Shown: positions 1 through 11,181 of the stretch, in pieces | How positions within the stretch are numbered: position 1 is the first letter of the stretch | Layout: every line of letters starts with the position of its first letter | DNA from: a virus | Strand: one strand, 5' to 3' | DNA: 64,000 nucleotides | IMG/VR virus record: IMGVR_UViG_3300023174_006137 | Location: 32,001-96,000 of that record | The notes under the pieces: generated by a model | Database searches by the model: none | Told to the model about the DNA's origin: nothing | The model's input: only the letters and a program-made list of their open reading frames with translations | Position numbers and translations under genes: made by a program

Positions 1-306
1 TTCGAGTAGTGAAATTGGTGATTTAGTATTTGGATCTAAATACATTAAAATTATATCAGATTTTTCTAATGCATTTATTTCCCATTTTACCTGTTGATTA
101 AATTGCGGATTTTCATAAGTTTGAATCCAAGAAGAATCCCAATCAGTTCTTCTTGGATTAAAAATATTATAACCAATATCAAGCAACCATTCACCAATTT
201 CTTTTTGCCAATCTTTGGCAACGCCCATTTCAATCGAACCAGCAAGAAAAATTGATTTCTTACCACGATCTCTAATAGCTATATTTTGCGGTGGTATAAA
301 CAACAT
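1..306 (-). CDS. Nucleoside 2-deoxyribosyltransferase-like protein (runs off the window edge)
   Basis: Not in the ORF track. Manual translation from ATG 306: MLFIPPQNIAIRDRGRKSIFLAGSIEMGVAKDWQ...FNPRR...QQVKWE...SPISLLE; the IFLAGSI, WQ, NPRR and SPISLLE motifs fit this family. The start overlaps the upstream stop (TAATG). Confidence 0.8.
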   Translation of the reverse strand, partial: MLFIPPQNIAIRDRGKKSIFLAGSIEMGVAKDWQKEIGEWLLDIGYNIFNPRRTDWDSSWIQTYENPQFNQQVKWEINALEKSDIILMYLDPNTKSPISLLE

Positions 307-1097
307 TACCAAATAAATAAAGGTATAAACCAAATAGGAGATACATAAAATGGATCCCAGTATGGATCGTAATAAACTAAATCATCTTCATATTCCTCAA
401 TGATTTCAGTAGTTTCAACAATAGTTTCTTCAACATATTCTTCGCCAGCAGGAGCCATTTTAGCTTCTTCTAACCTCTTTTTATTAAAATCAATTTCTTG
501 CTGAATTAAAGACATCATTAATTCAGTTCCCATTTTAATCATATTTTCCATTGCATCTTCACCAATATCAGTAATCGTAATTGCACTAGTAACTATGTCA
601 TTAATTTCTGCCCAAAATGTATCACTAACTAAGTCATTTTGCCAACCAATTCTATTGGTATCAAAACGGTTTTCGTTAATAAATGACATGAAAACTATTT
701 CGTGTGGATTCATTTTTTTGAAAAAAGCAACTGCAATACGAACATCAAAAAACCTTTCTTGAGATTTATATTGATTCCATTCTTCATCTGTTTTAAAACT
801 AAAATAGTTTTCAAAAGCAAATTCGCCTTTATCCAAATCAACAAATGAGTAGATATCAAATACTTTAAGATATTCTTGATATCTTTTATTAAAGTTATCA
901 AAAACTTTGATCGCATCATCTGTAGGAACAAATTTATCCTCTTGTATAACAAGATAATTTTGTGCCATTAGTTGAACAAATATAGGTTCAAGTAATTTAT
1001 CATTATCGGTAGCAATTGTTTTAAATACTCTACCATTGTTAATCATTTCATTTAATAAAATGATTGCTGTAAAATTTTTAGAATCGTTTATATTCAT
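306..1097 (-). CDS. Hypothetical protein with acidic region and Tyr/Trp/Pro-rich hydrophobic C-terminus
   Basis: 263 aa ORF with normal composition, ending YYDPYWDPFYVSPIWFIPLFIW. Confidence 0.75.
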   Translation of the reverse strand: MNINDSKNFTAIILLNEMINNGRVFKTIATDNDKLLEPIFVQLMAQNYLVIQEDKFVPTDDAIKVFDNFNKRYQEYLKVFDIYSFVDLDKGEFAFENYFSFKTDEEWNQYKSQERFFDVRIAVAFFKKMNPHEIVFMSFINENRFDTNRIGWQNDLVSDTFWAEINDIVTSAITITDIGEDAMENMIKMGTELMMSLIQQEIDFNKKRLEEAKMAPAGEEYVEETIVETTEIIEEYEDDLVYYDPYWDPFYVSPIWFIPLFIW

Positions 1098-1126
1098 AAA
1101 ATTATTGTTTTAATTATTAAATAATG

Positions 1127-1163
1127 ATGTAATAATAACCTTTTAAAAAGGTTATTATTACAT
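1127..1163. terminator. Perfect 18-bp inverted repeat, probable intrinsic terminator
   Basis: ATGTAATAATAACCTTTT-A-AAAAGGTTATTATTACAT immediately after the 1177-2073 stop. Confidence 0.6.
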
Positions 1164-1176
1164 ATTTGAAATTATT

Positions 1177-2073
1177 TTATCTTCTGCGTCCTCCAAAAGA
1201 ACTTCTACTACCACCAAAAGAACTTCTTGAGCTTGAACTTCTACCAAAAGAACTTCTTGAAGAAGATGACGAAGAACGGAATCCATTAGAGCTACTACCC
1301 GAACTTCTAAAACGGCTGCCTTCACCAGAGTTAAAACTTCTTTGAGAAGAAGCAGGTGCAGAAACGGTAGTTCGTGCTGTAGTAGAATACGAAGGCTTAG
1401 AATAAGAAGAAGATGTTGATTGTCTATAACCACTGGAAGTGGATGGACGAGTGTATGTCCTCGTGGTTGTAGTTCTAGTTCTCGCATAACTTGAAGTATA
1501 AGGACGTCCATAACGGGAACGATATGGATGATATCCACCATAGTAGCCTCTACCATAACCCCAATATGGATGGTAATAATGATGTGGTGTCATAAGCCAT
1601 GTTAAAAACATATAATCACCAAATGTTAAGCCAGTAGGAGAATTATATACATAATTAGGACCACAATATGCAGGAGTGCCTGTGACAGCATAAGAATTAT
1701 TAGTAGTATTAACTGTTAAAGTAGCAACTTGAACTTTACCACTTGGCAATTCATCATAAACACCAAGAGAAGTATTGCCAGTTTGATCAACTTTAAGGTA
1801 ATCAATATTACCATCGTTGTCAAGGTCAAGGTTATTAATGTTATTTTTAGGATCATTAATAGCTTGTGTAAGCACATCAGGATTAGTTGTTTGTTTTAGT
1901 AAATTAGCAAAAGCATTTACATCAAATCCAGGGATGTCATTTGACTGAACATTAACATCCTGCTGAGGAGCGTGTGAAACTGAAACATTGTTTTGAGCAT
2001 TGGTTGGTGTGTTATTACACGCTGATACCAATAAACTGATGCCTACAAAGGCTGAAAGAATGATTTTTTTCAT
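1177..2073 (-). CDS. Lipoprotein with EF-hand-like loop and Ser/Arg/Gly-rich disordered tail
   Basis: Signal peptide with lipobox LLVSA-C; DLDNDGNIDY Ca-binding-like loop; C-terminal SSRSSFGG repeats. Confidence 0.8.
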   Translation of the reverse strand: MKKIILSAFVGISLLVSACNNTPTNAQNNVSVSHAPQQDVNVQSNDIPGFDVNAFANLLKQTTNPDVLTQAINDPKNNINNLDLDNDGNIDYLKVDQTGNTSLGVYDELPSGKVQVATLTVNTTNNSYAVTGTPAYCGPNYVYNSPTGLTFGDYMFLTWLMTPHHYYHPYWGYGRGYYGGYHPYRSRYGRPYTSSYARTRTTTTRTYTRPSTSSGYRQSTSSSYSKPSYSTTARTTVSAPASSQRSFNSGEGSRFRSSGSSSNGFRSSSSSSRSSFGRSSSSRSSFGGSRSSFGGRRR

Positions 2074-2091
2074 TGTTGATTTTTTAGACTA

Positions 2092-2099
2092 CAAAGATA
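2092..2099 (-). promoter_or_regulatory. Bacteroidota sigma-A -7 element (TATCTTTG)
   Basis: TAnnTTTG consensus 18 nt upstream of the lipoprotein ATG; no clear -33 box. Confidence 0.6.
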
Positions 2100-2123
2100 A
2101 AAAAGTTTTTTGAAATAGAAAAG

Positions 2124-2747
2124 TTAAAAGTTTGTTAAACGCTTAAAAACATATTTTTCAGGGTCACGATTTGTTAAATGTTCCCATATAGTATCAACCA
2201 TCTCTAATATGTTAAAATCATCATAATTAGAAATTATATAATCTGATTTTTTAATTTTAGTAAGTGAATCAATTTGTTTCTTCATCCTATTATCATAATC
2301 TTCAGATGTCAAACCAGATCTTTCATATGCTCTTTGAAGTCTTATTTTTTTTGGCACATAAACATAAATAATTCTATCTAATTGTTTATCCATTTCTGTT
2401 TCAAACAAAGTTGCTGTTTCAATAAGACACCATTTAGAATCTTTATTTTCAGAGTAAAATTTATCTATATCAGCATATATAAAAGGATCAATGATAGAAA
2501 CTAATTTTTTTAGTTTCGTATCATCGTCTTTTAAAAAAACTAAATTAGAAAGATTTTTATAGACATTACCTTCATAAATTGTTTCACCAAATTCTGCTTT
2601 AATAGATTCAATTAAATCTGGATTTGTAATTAATAATTTTTTAGAATTATCATCACAATTGTAATAAGGAACACCTTTAGCAACAAATAATTTTGAAATA
2701 AATGATTTGCCCGCTCCAAGTTCACCCGTAATTCCTACTTTTAACAT
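2124..2747 (-). CDS. coaE: Dephospho-CoA kinase
   Basis: VGITGELGAGKS P-loop; LFE, D.IIYVY, R..KQ and DYIISN motifs; 207 aa. Confidence 0.85.
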   Translation of the reverse strand: MLKVGITGELGAGKSFISKLFVAKGVPYYNCDDNSKKLLITNPDLIESIKAEFGETIYEGNVYKNLSNLVFLKDDDTKLKKLVSIIDPFIYADIDKFYSENKDSKWCLIETATLFETEMDKQLDRIIYVYVPKKIRLQRAYERSGLTSEDYDNRMKKQIDSLTKIKKSDYIISNYDDFNILEMVDTIWEHLTNRDPEKYVFKRLTNF

Positions 2748-2749
2748 AA

Positions 2750-3208
2750 CTAAAAATAAATTTCTTCAAAATATTTTTTTACAGATTTCCAATCGATAAA
2801 TTTATCGGAACCAAAATGTAAAAATTCACCTTCAAATTTAGTTTGTAAATCTAATTTTGATTCAACATTTATTGTGTCATCTATCAAATAGTCACCTTTA
2901 AGTAACCCTTTATCCCAACAGATAATTAATTTTTTTGCTACTTCTATTCCTAAATAGTTTTCTACCCAAACTCTTTTTTCGGTATAACATAATGGATTTT
3001 GATAGGATGGCCTTGTTAATATCCAAACATCAAAATTATTATTTAACCAATTAAAAGTTTCAATAGCACCTTCTATAGGTTCTAATGAAGTATAAAAACC
3101 ATATGTAGTTTGTGGCAAACGGATTAAATTATTTTGTAACTCATAAAATCGTTTCCAATAATCACATAGCACACCATCCATGTCACAGTATATAATCTTC
3201 TTTTTCAT
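2750..3208 (-). CDS. 5'(3')-deoxyribonucleotidase (HAD, NT5C family)
   Basis: DMDGVLCD, EKRVW and KGLLKGDYLIDD motifs. Confidence 0.9.
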   Translation of the reverse strand: MKKKIIYCDMDGVLCDYWKRFYELQNNLIRLPQTTYGFYTSLEPIEGAIETFNWLNNNFDVWILTRPSYQNPLCYTEKRVWVENYLGIEVAKKLIICWDKGLLKGDYLIDDTINVESKLDLQTKFEGEFLHFGSDKFIDWKSVKKYFEEIYF

Positions 3209-3217
3209 ATACTAATA

Positions 3218-3703
3218 TTATCTCCATAAAGGTAAAGGATTAATTATATCTCTTAGTGATTTTATTTTCATACCACCAATAGAAGCAAGCCATTCGTCAT
3301 AATTTTGATTTTCCACTTTGATAAATTTTTCGCTCAATTCATCATAAATAAACCCAAAATCAGGATATTTCTTTTTATTAAAAACTCTTTCATCCAATAT
3401 AAGTGCAATTGCGGTCATTTGATCCCCTAAATCAGGTTCATAAAATGCTTCACAATCAACTCCTAAATCGAGTAATTTTTGATAATACTGATTTATTGTT
3501 CCCAATTTTTCAGGGTTTAAATTAGTGGTTCCACCATTTAAAACTACTGAAGTTTGCCAATTATCAGCCCAATCAATATATCTATTATCGTTTTGATATT
3601 TTCTACTATACCTTGTTACTGCATGCTGAAACTGTATTCCCGCTTGTATAGGCATTAATTGGTATATAGCTAAACCATACATTCTTAATTCTAAATTATT
3701 CAT
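3218..3703 (-). CDS. Peptidyl-tRNA hydrolase type 2-like protein
   Basis: GIQFQHA...W...VVLNGG...FYEPDLGDQMTAIAL pattern of phage PTH2-like proteins. Confidence 0.55.
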   Translation of the reverse strand: MNNLELRMYGLAIYQLMPIQAGIQFQHAVTRYSRKYQNDNRYIDWADNWQTSVVLNGGTTNLNPEKLGTINQYYQKLLDLGVDCEAFYEPDLGDQMTAIALILDERVFNKKKYPDFGFIYDELSEKFIKVENQNYDEWLASIGGMKIKSLRDIINPLPLWR

Positions 3704-3757
3704 TATTTAAATCTTTTTTTATTAAAACATTTTTTACTTCGGTTGATACTAACATAA

Positions 3758-4150
3758 TTATCGTATATATGTTTTATTATTTTCCAAATCAATTATTAAT
3801 GTTTCACACCCACCAAACTGCCAATCACCATCAGTCTTATCAAAATTATACTTAAACCTAATATTTTTAAAATAATCTGTTAATCTCAAAACTTCATCTT
3901 TATCAATATCTCTATATCTTACATATTCAGCATATTTATCCTCTCTATGTTGTATAAATTCAATTGCTGTTGGTAATAATGAATGAATGAATTTTTCAAT
4001 ATCTTCTGAATCTTCTAATATTTTCCCACCACAATAATTTGTATCAGCATTGATTGTCATTAATACAACTTTTCCTATCCAATTCCAAACTCGGCAAAAA
4101 TCATTATCATAGTGAGAAACCATAATAATCTTAATATCATCTCTTTTCAT
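3758..4150 (-). CDS. Hypothetical protein
   Basis: 130 aa ORF in a tight minus-strand operon. Confidence 0.7.
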   Translation of the reverse strand: MKRDDIKIIMVSHYDNDFCRVWNWIGKVVLMTINADTNYCGGKILEDSEDIEKFIHSLLPTAIEFIQHREDKYAEYVRYRDIDKDEVLRLTDYFKNIRFKYNFDKTDGDWQFGGCETLIIDLENNKTYIR

Positions 4151-4152
4151 AT

Positions 4153-4329
4153 CTAATCTCTATATTCAATAGCATTTAAATCAAATTTAAATTCTATATT
4201 ATCGCTTAAGCCATAATCATATTTTAAGATTTCTTTTATTTTTTCAATAGCTTGTTCTTCCGAAGATACATCATCGATGTCAATATCTACTTCAATTAAT
4301 AATTTACCAAAAACATTAAAACTACCCAT
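4153..4329 (-). CDS. Small acidic hypothetical protein (58 aa)
   Basis: Below ORF-track cutoff; MGSFNVFGKLLIEVDIDIDDVSSEEQAIEKIKEIL...IEYRD*; fills the operon gap. Confidence 0.65.
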   Translation of the reverse strand: MGSFNVFGKLLIEVDIDIDDVSSEEQAIEKIKEILKYDYGLSDNIEFKFDLNAIEYRD

Positions 4330-4347
4330 TAGATTATTTTTTAATAA

Positions 4348-5427
4348 TTAAAATTTATAATATTTCCAAGATTGGCATTTCATATTTAAAAGACATTGAT
4401 AGAATAATTCAATTGCTGATTTAACATCTTTCTTATGAACCATTTCAACCGTTGTATGCATATACCTTAATGGTGATGCAATTATAGCAGTCACAGAATT
4501 AGCAAAGAAAAATCCCATTGTATCATTACCTTGACTACCAACTTCGACTTGATATTTTATTTTATTTTTATCTGCTGTATCACGAATGAAATCTAATAAC
4601 ATTCTATGATTTTGTGGAGCATATTCCAAAGTTGGACCTTTACCAGATTTAATATCACAATTTTTTACTTTTGACATATTTGGTGTGTCTGTGGCATGAC
4701 AAACATCATGAACCAAGGCAACATCTGCTTTTAATGCTTGTGCTATATTTTTGGCTCCTAATAAACCAACTTCTTCTTGGACAGAATTGACAATATAAAG
4801 ATCAAAAGGAAGTGGCATTTCTTTTTCATTTAATTTTTTTGCTACTTCTGCAATAATGTAACCACCAATTTTATTATCTAATGATTTACCACAATAAAAA
4901 TCTCCCAATTCAGAAAATTCTTCTTCAAAAGTAACAACATTACCAACTTCTACGCCAGCATCTTGAACTGCTTTTTTATCAGATAAACCTAAATCAATCC
5001 ATAAATTTTCTGGTTTAGGTGCTTTTTCGTCGACTGTTTTACGAACATGAATTGCTGGAAAACCAAATACACCAGAAACTTTACCATTTTTTCTTGTATG
5101 AATAAGCACTTTTTTCGATGGTGCAATAGCAGCATCTGAACCACCATGTTTAGTTACATACACTAAACCATCAGCATCAATATGTGTAATTATCCAACTA
5201 ATTTCATCACAATGTGCTTCAATAACTACTTTATATCTTGGCTTTCCTTTTGCCTCATTTTCGTCTTGCACTTTTGATTTTATTACACCATAAACTGTTC
5301 CATAATTATCAGAATGTAATTCATGAACATAAGGTTTAATATAGTCAGCCCATATTTTTTGTCCTTCCCATTCTTGCGCCACGGGAGAATACGCATTAAT
5401 GTAATTTTTTAAAAACTCTTTACTCAT
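4348..5427 (-). CDS. M42 family metalloaminopeptidase
   Basis: AHCDEI, KSLDNKIG, VQEEVG, DVCHATD and LRYMHTTVE metal-ligand motifs. Confidence 0.92.
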   Translation of the reverse strand: MSKEFLKNYINAYSPVAQEWEGQKIWADYIKPYVHELHSDNYGTVYGVIKSKVQDENEAKGKPRYKVVIEAHCDEISWIITHIDADGLVYVTKHGGSDAAIAPSKKVLIHTRKNGKVSGVFGFPAIHVRKTVDEKAPKPENLWIDLGLSDKKAVQDAGVEVGNVVTFEEEFSELGDFYCGKSLDNKIGGYIIAEVAKKLNEKEMPLPFDLYIVNSVQEEVGLLGAKNIAQALKADVALVHDVCHATDTPNMSKVKNCDIKSGKGPTLEYAPQNHRMLLDFIRDTADKNKIKYQVEVGSQGNDTMGFFFANSVTAIIASPLRYMHTTVEMVHKKDVKSAIELFYQCLLNMKCQSWKYYKF

Positions 5428-5428
5428 T

Positions 5429-6136
5429 TTAATTGTTTCTTATTATTTCAAAATATCTTTCTCTTAGCATTTTATAATAATCAATATTATCAATGCCATA
5501 ATTACCAATTGCCCACATATCATTATATTCAACAACGGTGTTATTTCCATTTTCTAAAATACCAACATCTAATGTATAACAAATCGGAAAATTATCTAAT
5601 GATTTAATTAAAGTTTCAACCCAAACATAATTTGGTGCAACTTTAAAATCGCCCGAATAATTTCTGGCATCTATTATTGTTTTACCTCTTATATAACATC
5701 TCCATTCACTTATTAATTTATTTTTAAATGGTTCCATTACAAAAACTTCAGTATCTTCTGGATATGGATTTAAATTAGATAATGTCATTAAATCATAAAC
5801 CATTCCTGAAAATAATTTTGGTATAGTTGGTTTTACAAATAATTTTTTACCATCTAAAATTTTTTCCTTAACTTCTTTTATAGTTGATAAAGTAAAAGAT
5901 TGAGAAGGGGTCATTGCTGGCACTGATATATTAATACGGTTAAATACTTCTTGCATAAATTCAACAGATCCGACAAATAAATGTTGTCGAATTAAAGCAT
6001 CAAATTTACCTGATTGTATTTCTTCAATAGAAGTTAAACGAATAGTTTGTCCATTATCTAATGCACCATATAAACCACAAGCTGCATCAAAATGATGTGG
6101 TAATTTTCGTTCTGAATCTGATTGTATATACACCAT
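5429..6136 (-). CDS. ATP-grasp protein (DUF4343/R2K-like)
   Basis: FVGSVEF, LFVKP...KLFSG, SEWRCYI, YTLDVG and VVEYND...GNYG motifs. Confidence 0.8.
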   Translation of the reverse strand: MVYIQSDSERKLPHHFDAACGLYGALDNGQTIRLTSIEEIQSGKFDALIRQHLFVGSVEFMQEVFNRINISVPAMTPSQSFTLSTIKEVKEKILDGKKLFVKPTIPKLFSGMVYDLMTLSNLNPYPEDTEVFVMEPFKNKLISEWRCYIRGKTIIDARNYSGDFKVAPNYVWVETLIKSLDNFPICYTLDVGILENGNNTVVEYNDMWAIGNYGIDNIDYYKMLRERYFEIIRNN

Positions 6137-6141
6137 AATTA

Positions 6142-6414
6142 TTAAATCTTCAAATTGTCCAAAATTGAATTATATTTATCTTTTGCTTTTTTGATTAATT
6201 CTTCAGCATCTTTTTGTATAGTATATTGTGCTTCAAAATATTCACAAGAAGCTTCTAAATGTTTAATTAATTTATTGCCTTTGTCAGTCATCACAATATC
6301 TCCATTTTTATTTTTCTGAAGATAATTATTTTTCAATAATTCTTGTTGTTCTACTTCACCAATAACGGTTCCTGTTTTGATAGCTAATAAAGCTAAAATT
6401 GAATGTTTATTCAT
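6142..6414 (-). CDS. Hypothetical protein, possible winged-helix fragment
   Basis: ORF 6142-6438; likely start ATG 6414 (MNKHS); L...YL....MTDKG pattern. Confidence 0.6.
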   Translation of the reverse strand: MNKHSILALLAIKTGTVIGEVEQQELLKNNYLQKNKNGDIVMTDKGNKLIKHLEASCEYFEAQYTIQKDAEELIKKAKDKYNSILDNLKI

Positions 6415-6425
6415 AATTTTTATTT

Positions 6426-8000
<1,575 letters not shown>

Positions 8001-8036
8001 AACAAAATTTTTATGAGAAAATTAAAGAAATGTTTT

Positions 8037-8057
8037 AATAATCATAAAATGATTATT
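8037..8057. promoter_or_regulatory. 9-bp inverted repeat, candidate operator between divergent RHH genes
   Basis: AATAATCAT-AAA-ATGATTATT. Confidence 0.45.
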
Positions 8058-8076
8058 TTATTTTAATATATAATAT

Positions 8077-8250
8077 ATGAAAAAATTAAAAAGTGAAAAA
8101 GATAGAAGAATTAGATTATCAATTACTTTATCAGCGGAATTGAAAAAAGAAATTGATGAGAATACAACTAATAGGTCAAGATTTATTGAATATGTCTTAT
8201 TAGAGCATTTTAATAAGTGTGGTATAGATACAAAAAAAATTAAATTATAA
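8077..8250 (+). CDS. Ribbon-helix-helix DNA-binding protein (57 aa)
   Basis: Below ORF-track cutoff; MKKLKSEKDRRIRLSITLSAELKKEIDENTTNRSRFIEYVLLEHF; NRSRFIE helix-B signature; TAATATATAA at 8064-8073. Confidence 0.75.
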   Translation: MKKLKSEKDRRIRLSITLSAELKKEIDENTTNRSRFIEYVLLEHFNKCGIDTKKIKL

Positions 8251-8251
8251 A

Positions 8252-9052
8252 ATGATTTTGACAAAAGAAAAAGAAATAATAGTTAATTCAAGAGTAGTTT
8301 CGTATTATAGAAATCTTGGTTATAATGCACATCCAAATAAAAAATTAATAGTACCGGTAGAACATCTTAATAAAGGAAGTCATATTGAAATAAATGTTAA
8401 ATGTGATAAATGTGGCTTTGAAAGTTTTATTCAATATAAAACATATTATATGATCACAAAATATGATGGATTATATTATTGTCGTAAAAATAAATGTTTT
8501 ACTGAAAAAGTTAAGAAAACAACATTAGATAAATATGGTGTAAGTAATACTTCGAAATTAAAAGATAAACAAAATAAATGGAAAAAAACTAATTTAGAAA
8601 AATATGGTGTTGAAAATACATTCCAGTCAGAAATAATTAAAGAAAAAATAAAACAATACTATCGTGATAATTATGATGGAGCAGAGTGGAATACACAAAT
8701 AAAAGAAATTCGTGATAAAAATGGTTGGATACCAGATGAAAATTTAGAAGGATTTGAAAAATATATCAGAATTGTTAGAAGATTAACAAAAAGAAATAAA
8801 AAAGAATTATTTGAAAAATGGAATGGATATGATTATTATGACGGTGAATGTATCAAAAATAATTTTATATTGAAATCAACTGATAAAAATTATCCAACCA
8901 TAGATCATAAAATTAGTATTAAATATGGATTTCTAAATGGTGTAGATGAGAAAATTATATCTTCTATTGAAAATCTATGTATAACCAAAAAGAAAATCAA
9001 TTCGACTAAAAATTATAAAATAGAAATTGATTTTATCAAAAATAATATATAA
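8252..9052 (+). CDS. HNH-type homing endonuclease with Zn-finger and KYGV repeats
   Basis: VKCDKC; two T.L.KYGV.N repeats; C-terminal TIDHKISI...NLCITKKKINSTK HNH-like motif. Confidence 0.75.
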   Translation: MILTKEKEIIVNSRVVSYYRNLGYNAHPNKKLIVPVEHLNKGSHIEINVKCDKCGFESFIQYKTYYMITKYDGLYYCRKNKCFTEKVKKTTLDKYGVSNTSKLKDKQNKWKKTNLEKYGVENTFQSEIIKEKIKQYYRDNYDGAEWNTQIKEIRDKNGWIPDENLEGFEKYIRIVRRLTKRNKKELFEKWNGYDYYDGECIKNNFILKSTDKNYPTIDHKISIKYGFLNGVDEKIISSIENLCITKKKINSTKNYKIEIDFIKNNI

Positions 9053-9055
9053 AAC

Positions 9056-9361
9056 ATGAAAATAATTAAATACAACGAATTTCTGGATAATGAAGAAACA
9101 TTAATTAAAGGATTGATAAAAGAAAGTGAATTCACCTCATCGTCCGATTTAGAGTTTATAGCAAATCGAAATTGTTATAAAGAACTAATAAAATTAGGTG
9201 AAAAAGTTTTACCTTTTATTTTCGAAAGTAAACACCTTTTGATATGGGATATCGCTTTAAAAAAAATAACTAAAATTGATTTACCAGACTTTGATTCAAA
9301 CCAAAGAGTGAAATTTTGGAAAAATTGGGCTATGGAAAATGGATATATTAGAAGAAATTGA
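9056..9361 (+). CDS. Helical hypothetical protein with capsid-targeting-like N-terminus
   Basis: MKIIKYNEF start; YKELIKLGEKVLPFI...W..AL..IT...W..W...NGY; TAATATATAA at 9043-9052. Confidence 0.7.
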   Translation: MKIIKYNEFLDNEETLIKGLIKESEFTSSSDLEFIANRNCYKELIKLGEKVLPFIFESKHLLIWDIALKKITKIDLPDFDSNQRVKFWKNWAMENGYIRRN

Positions 9362-9773
9362 ATTGTGGTTTCCTAACATAGTAGGACATCCATTAAAAAT
9401 ATATAAAACCGAAGAATTAGACTATAATTGTTTAGCACATGTTTTAGGATTGAAACATTGGATTTGGACTAACGAAAAATGGCCTAAACCAAATGTACCA
9501 AGAGATTTAGGATTAGAATCATTTAGATTATTATTCAAAGAATATGGATATTCGATTATAACTGAAAATTCTTATGAAATTGGTTATGATAAAATTGCAA
9601 TTTATGTAAAAAATGGATATCCTACACATGTATGCAAGCAATCACAAAATATGTGGCAAAGTAAATTAGGAACAAGATTTTATATATTAGAACACAAGTT
9701 AGAATGGCTGACTGGTGATACTGATGATGCCTATGGTGAAATAGGTTTAATTGTTAAGAGAAAAATTATTTAA
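9339..9773 (+). CDS. Uncharacterised protein with Cys/His (papain-like) motifs
   Basis: YNCLAHVLG...KIAIY...PTHVCKQ...WQSKLG...LEH...YG. Confidence 0.7.
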   Translation: MDILEEIELWFPNIVGHPLKIYKTEELDYNCLAHVLGLKHWIWTNEKWPKPNVPRDLGLESFRLLFKEYGYSIITENSYEIGYDKIAIYVKNGYPTHVCKQSQNMWQSKLGTRFYILEHKLEWLTGDTDDAYGEIGLIVKRKII

Positions 9774-10038
9774 CTATTATTTTTTGTGGTATAACAATTT
9801 TTATTGGTGTTTTTGTTATACTTTTTGTTAATTCTTTTTTAGTTACACGCTTTGTTTTCTGTTTAGGTTCTTTTGGAACATAAAGTGGTGCAGTGCATAC
9901 CCAACCTTTCATAACATCTTCCATCGTAACATCATCTTCAATTAGAATCCAATTAGAACCAGAACAAGCGTATCTACCAGATATCGTATTTATAATAGCA
10001 GGTGGTAAAAAACCTTCTATTTTAATATCTTTATTCAT
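9766..10038 (-). CDS. Hypothetical protein with Lys-rich tail
   Basis: Likely start ATG 10038, coupled to the upstream stop. Confidence 0.6.
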   Translation of the reverse strand: MNKDIKIEGFLPPAIINTISGRYACSGSNWILIEDDVTMEDVMKGWVCTAPLYVPKEPKQKTKRVTKKELTKSITKTPIKIVIPQKIIVK

Positions 10039-11041
10039 CTTCGTATTCATCATCTTCATATTCTTTTATATACTCATTATTAATTTCTGCAAATTTTTCG
10101 AGTATTTTTTGATGTTCTTTTTTCTCACCACACTGCGGAGTTAAATACTGAACAAATGGTGCCCAATAATGAGACATGCAATGTAAATTAAATTGAATTG
10201 AAGTTAATTGACACAATAAATCACCAAATGTTTTATAATCATCAAGATATTTGTCAGTTAAATTAGATATTTCAACTTTATTTATATTTAGTCTTTTATA
10301 AAATAGTTTAGAACTCCAACTATATCCATCCACCCCCATTACATTAAATAATAATGATGCAACTTTTTCTTCAGGATATATACTCCACATTTCCCATTCA
10401 TATTTATTTTTCAAATCATCAAGTTCTTTTTCAATTCCAAACTTTTTAGCAAATTGAGAAATAAGATAAACACTAGCAGCTTTATCATTTTTATCAAATT
10501 GTATCCAAGTTCCATCAGAATAAAAAACTTGTTCACCACGAGTCCATATTTGGTTATATCTTTTTGGATCATAAGTTGGATTGTTATCGCTTTTACCAAT
10601 AAAAGTACATCCAAGATGTGTCAATAAAGTTTCATCCCCCATATCAAAACTTCCAATGCCACCAAACGATTTATTACGATTTGAAACTAAAAAATCATAA
10701 ACTTTACGGTCAATCCACATATATGTCCAATTTTTTATTTCTTCAACCTTTTTTAAGTATTGTGGAAAATCATCTTCATCATCTCTTATTGGACCTCTTG
10801 TTAGAAAATAACAAAAATCATGAATAGTGCAATTAAAATGTTTTTCTATCAATTCAGTATTTTTATCACTTTGTATATTTTCAATACCACCATAATCATC
10901 ATATTCTCCGAATATTGGAAGTGTTGCTGGTATATAAGGAAAATTTCCTACAGGTGGTTTTTTCAACGGAAGAAAAACACATTCTTGTCCTGATGTGATA
11001 GTAATATTACTTAAACCGCAATAAACTGACCATGAACCCAT
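10031..11041 (-). CDS. Hypothetical phage protein
   Basis: 336 aa; MGSWSVYCGLS...PIFGEYDDYGG; host-type promoter upstream. Confidence 0.8.
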   Translation of the reverse strand: MGSWSVYCGLSNITITSGQECVFLPLKKPPVGNFPYIPATLPIFGEYDDYGGIENIQSDKNTELIEKHFNCTIHDFCYFLTRGPIRDDEDDFPQYLKKVEEIKNWTYMWIDRKVYDFLVSNRNKSFGGIGSFDMGDETLLTHLGCTFIGKSDNNPTYDPKRYNQIWTRGEQVFYSDGTWIQFDKNDKAASVYLISQFAKKFGIEKELDDLKNKYEWEMWSIYPEEKVASLLFNVMGVDGYSWSSKLFYKRLNINKVEISNLTDKYLDDYKTFGDLLCQLTSIQFNLHCMSHYWAPFVQYLTPQCGEKKEHQKILEKFAEINNEYIKEYEDDEYEDE

Positions 11042-11068
11042 ATATTTTTATATTTTTTGATTAAAAAG

Positions 11069-11097
11069 CAAAGATAAAGAAAAAAAATTGAAACAAA
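11069..11097 (-). promoter_or_regulatory. Bacteroidota-type promoter TTTG-N17-TATCTTTG
   Basis: -33 and -7 consensus upstream of ATG 11041. Confidence 0.7.
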
Positions 11098-11181
11098 AAA
11101 TTTTTGTGAAACACTTTTTGTTATATATGTTTTGTCGAAGATCGGCAACATCATGATATAATATATACTACTATTATAATA

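Noticed and set aside
1158-1556. 132-aa alternative-frame ORF and the other short overlapping or antisense ORFs in the track (e.g. 8058-8264, 52672-53151, 55554-55838)
   Set aside because: Shadows of well-supported genes or low-complexity sequence, with no motifs or independent starts
11131-11150. Small hairpin TTGTCGA-aga-TCGGCAA as an sRNA
   Set aside because: A single 7-bp stem is too little evidence
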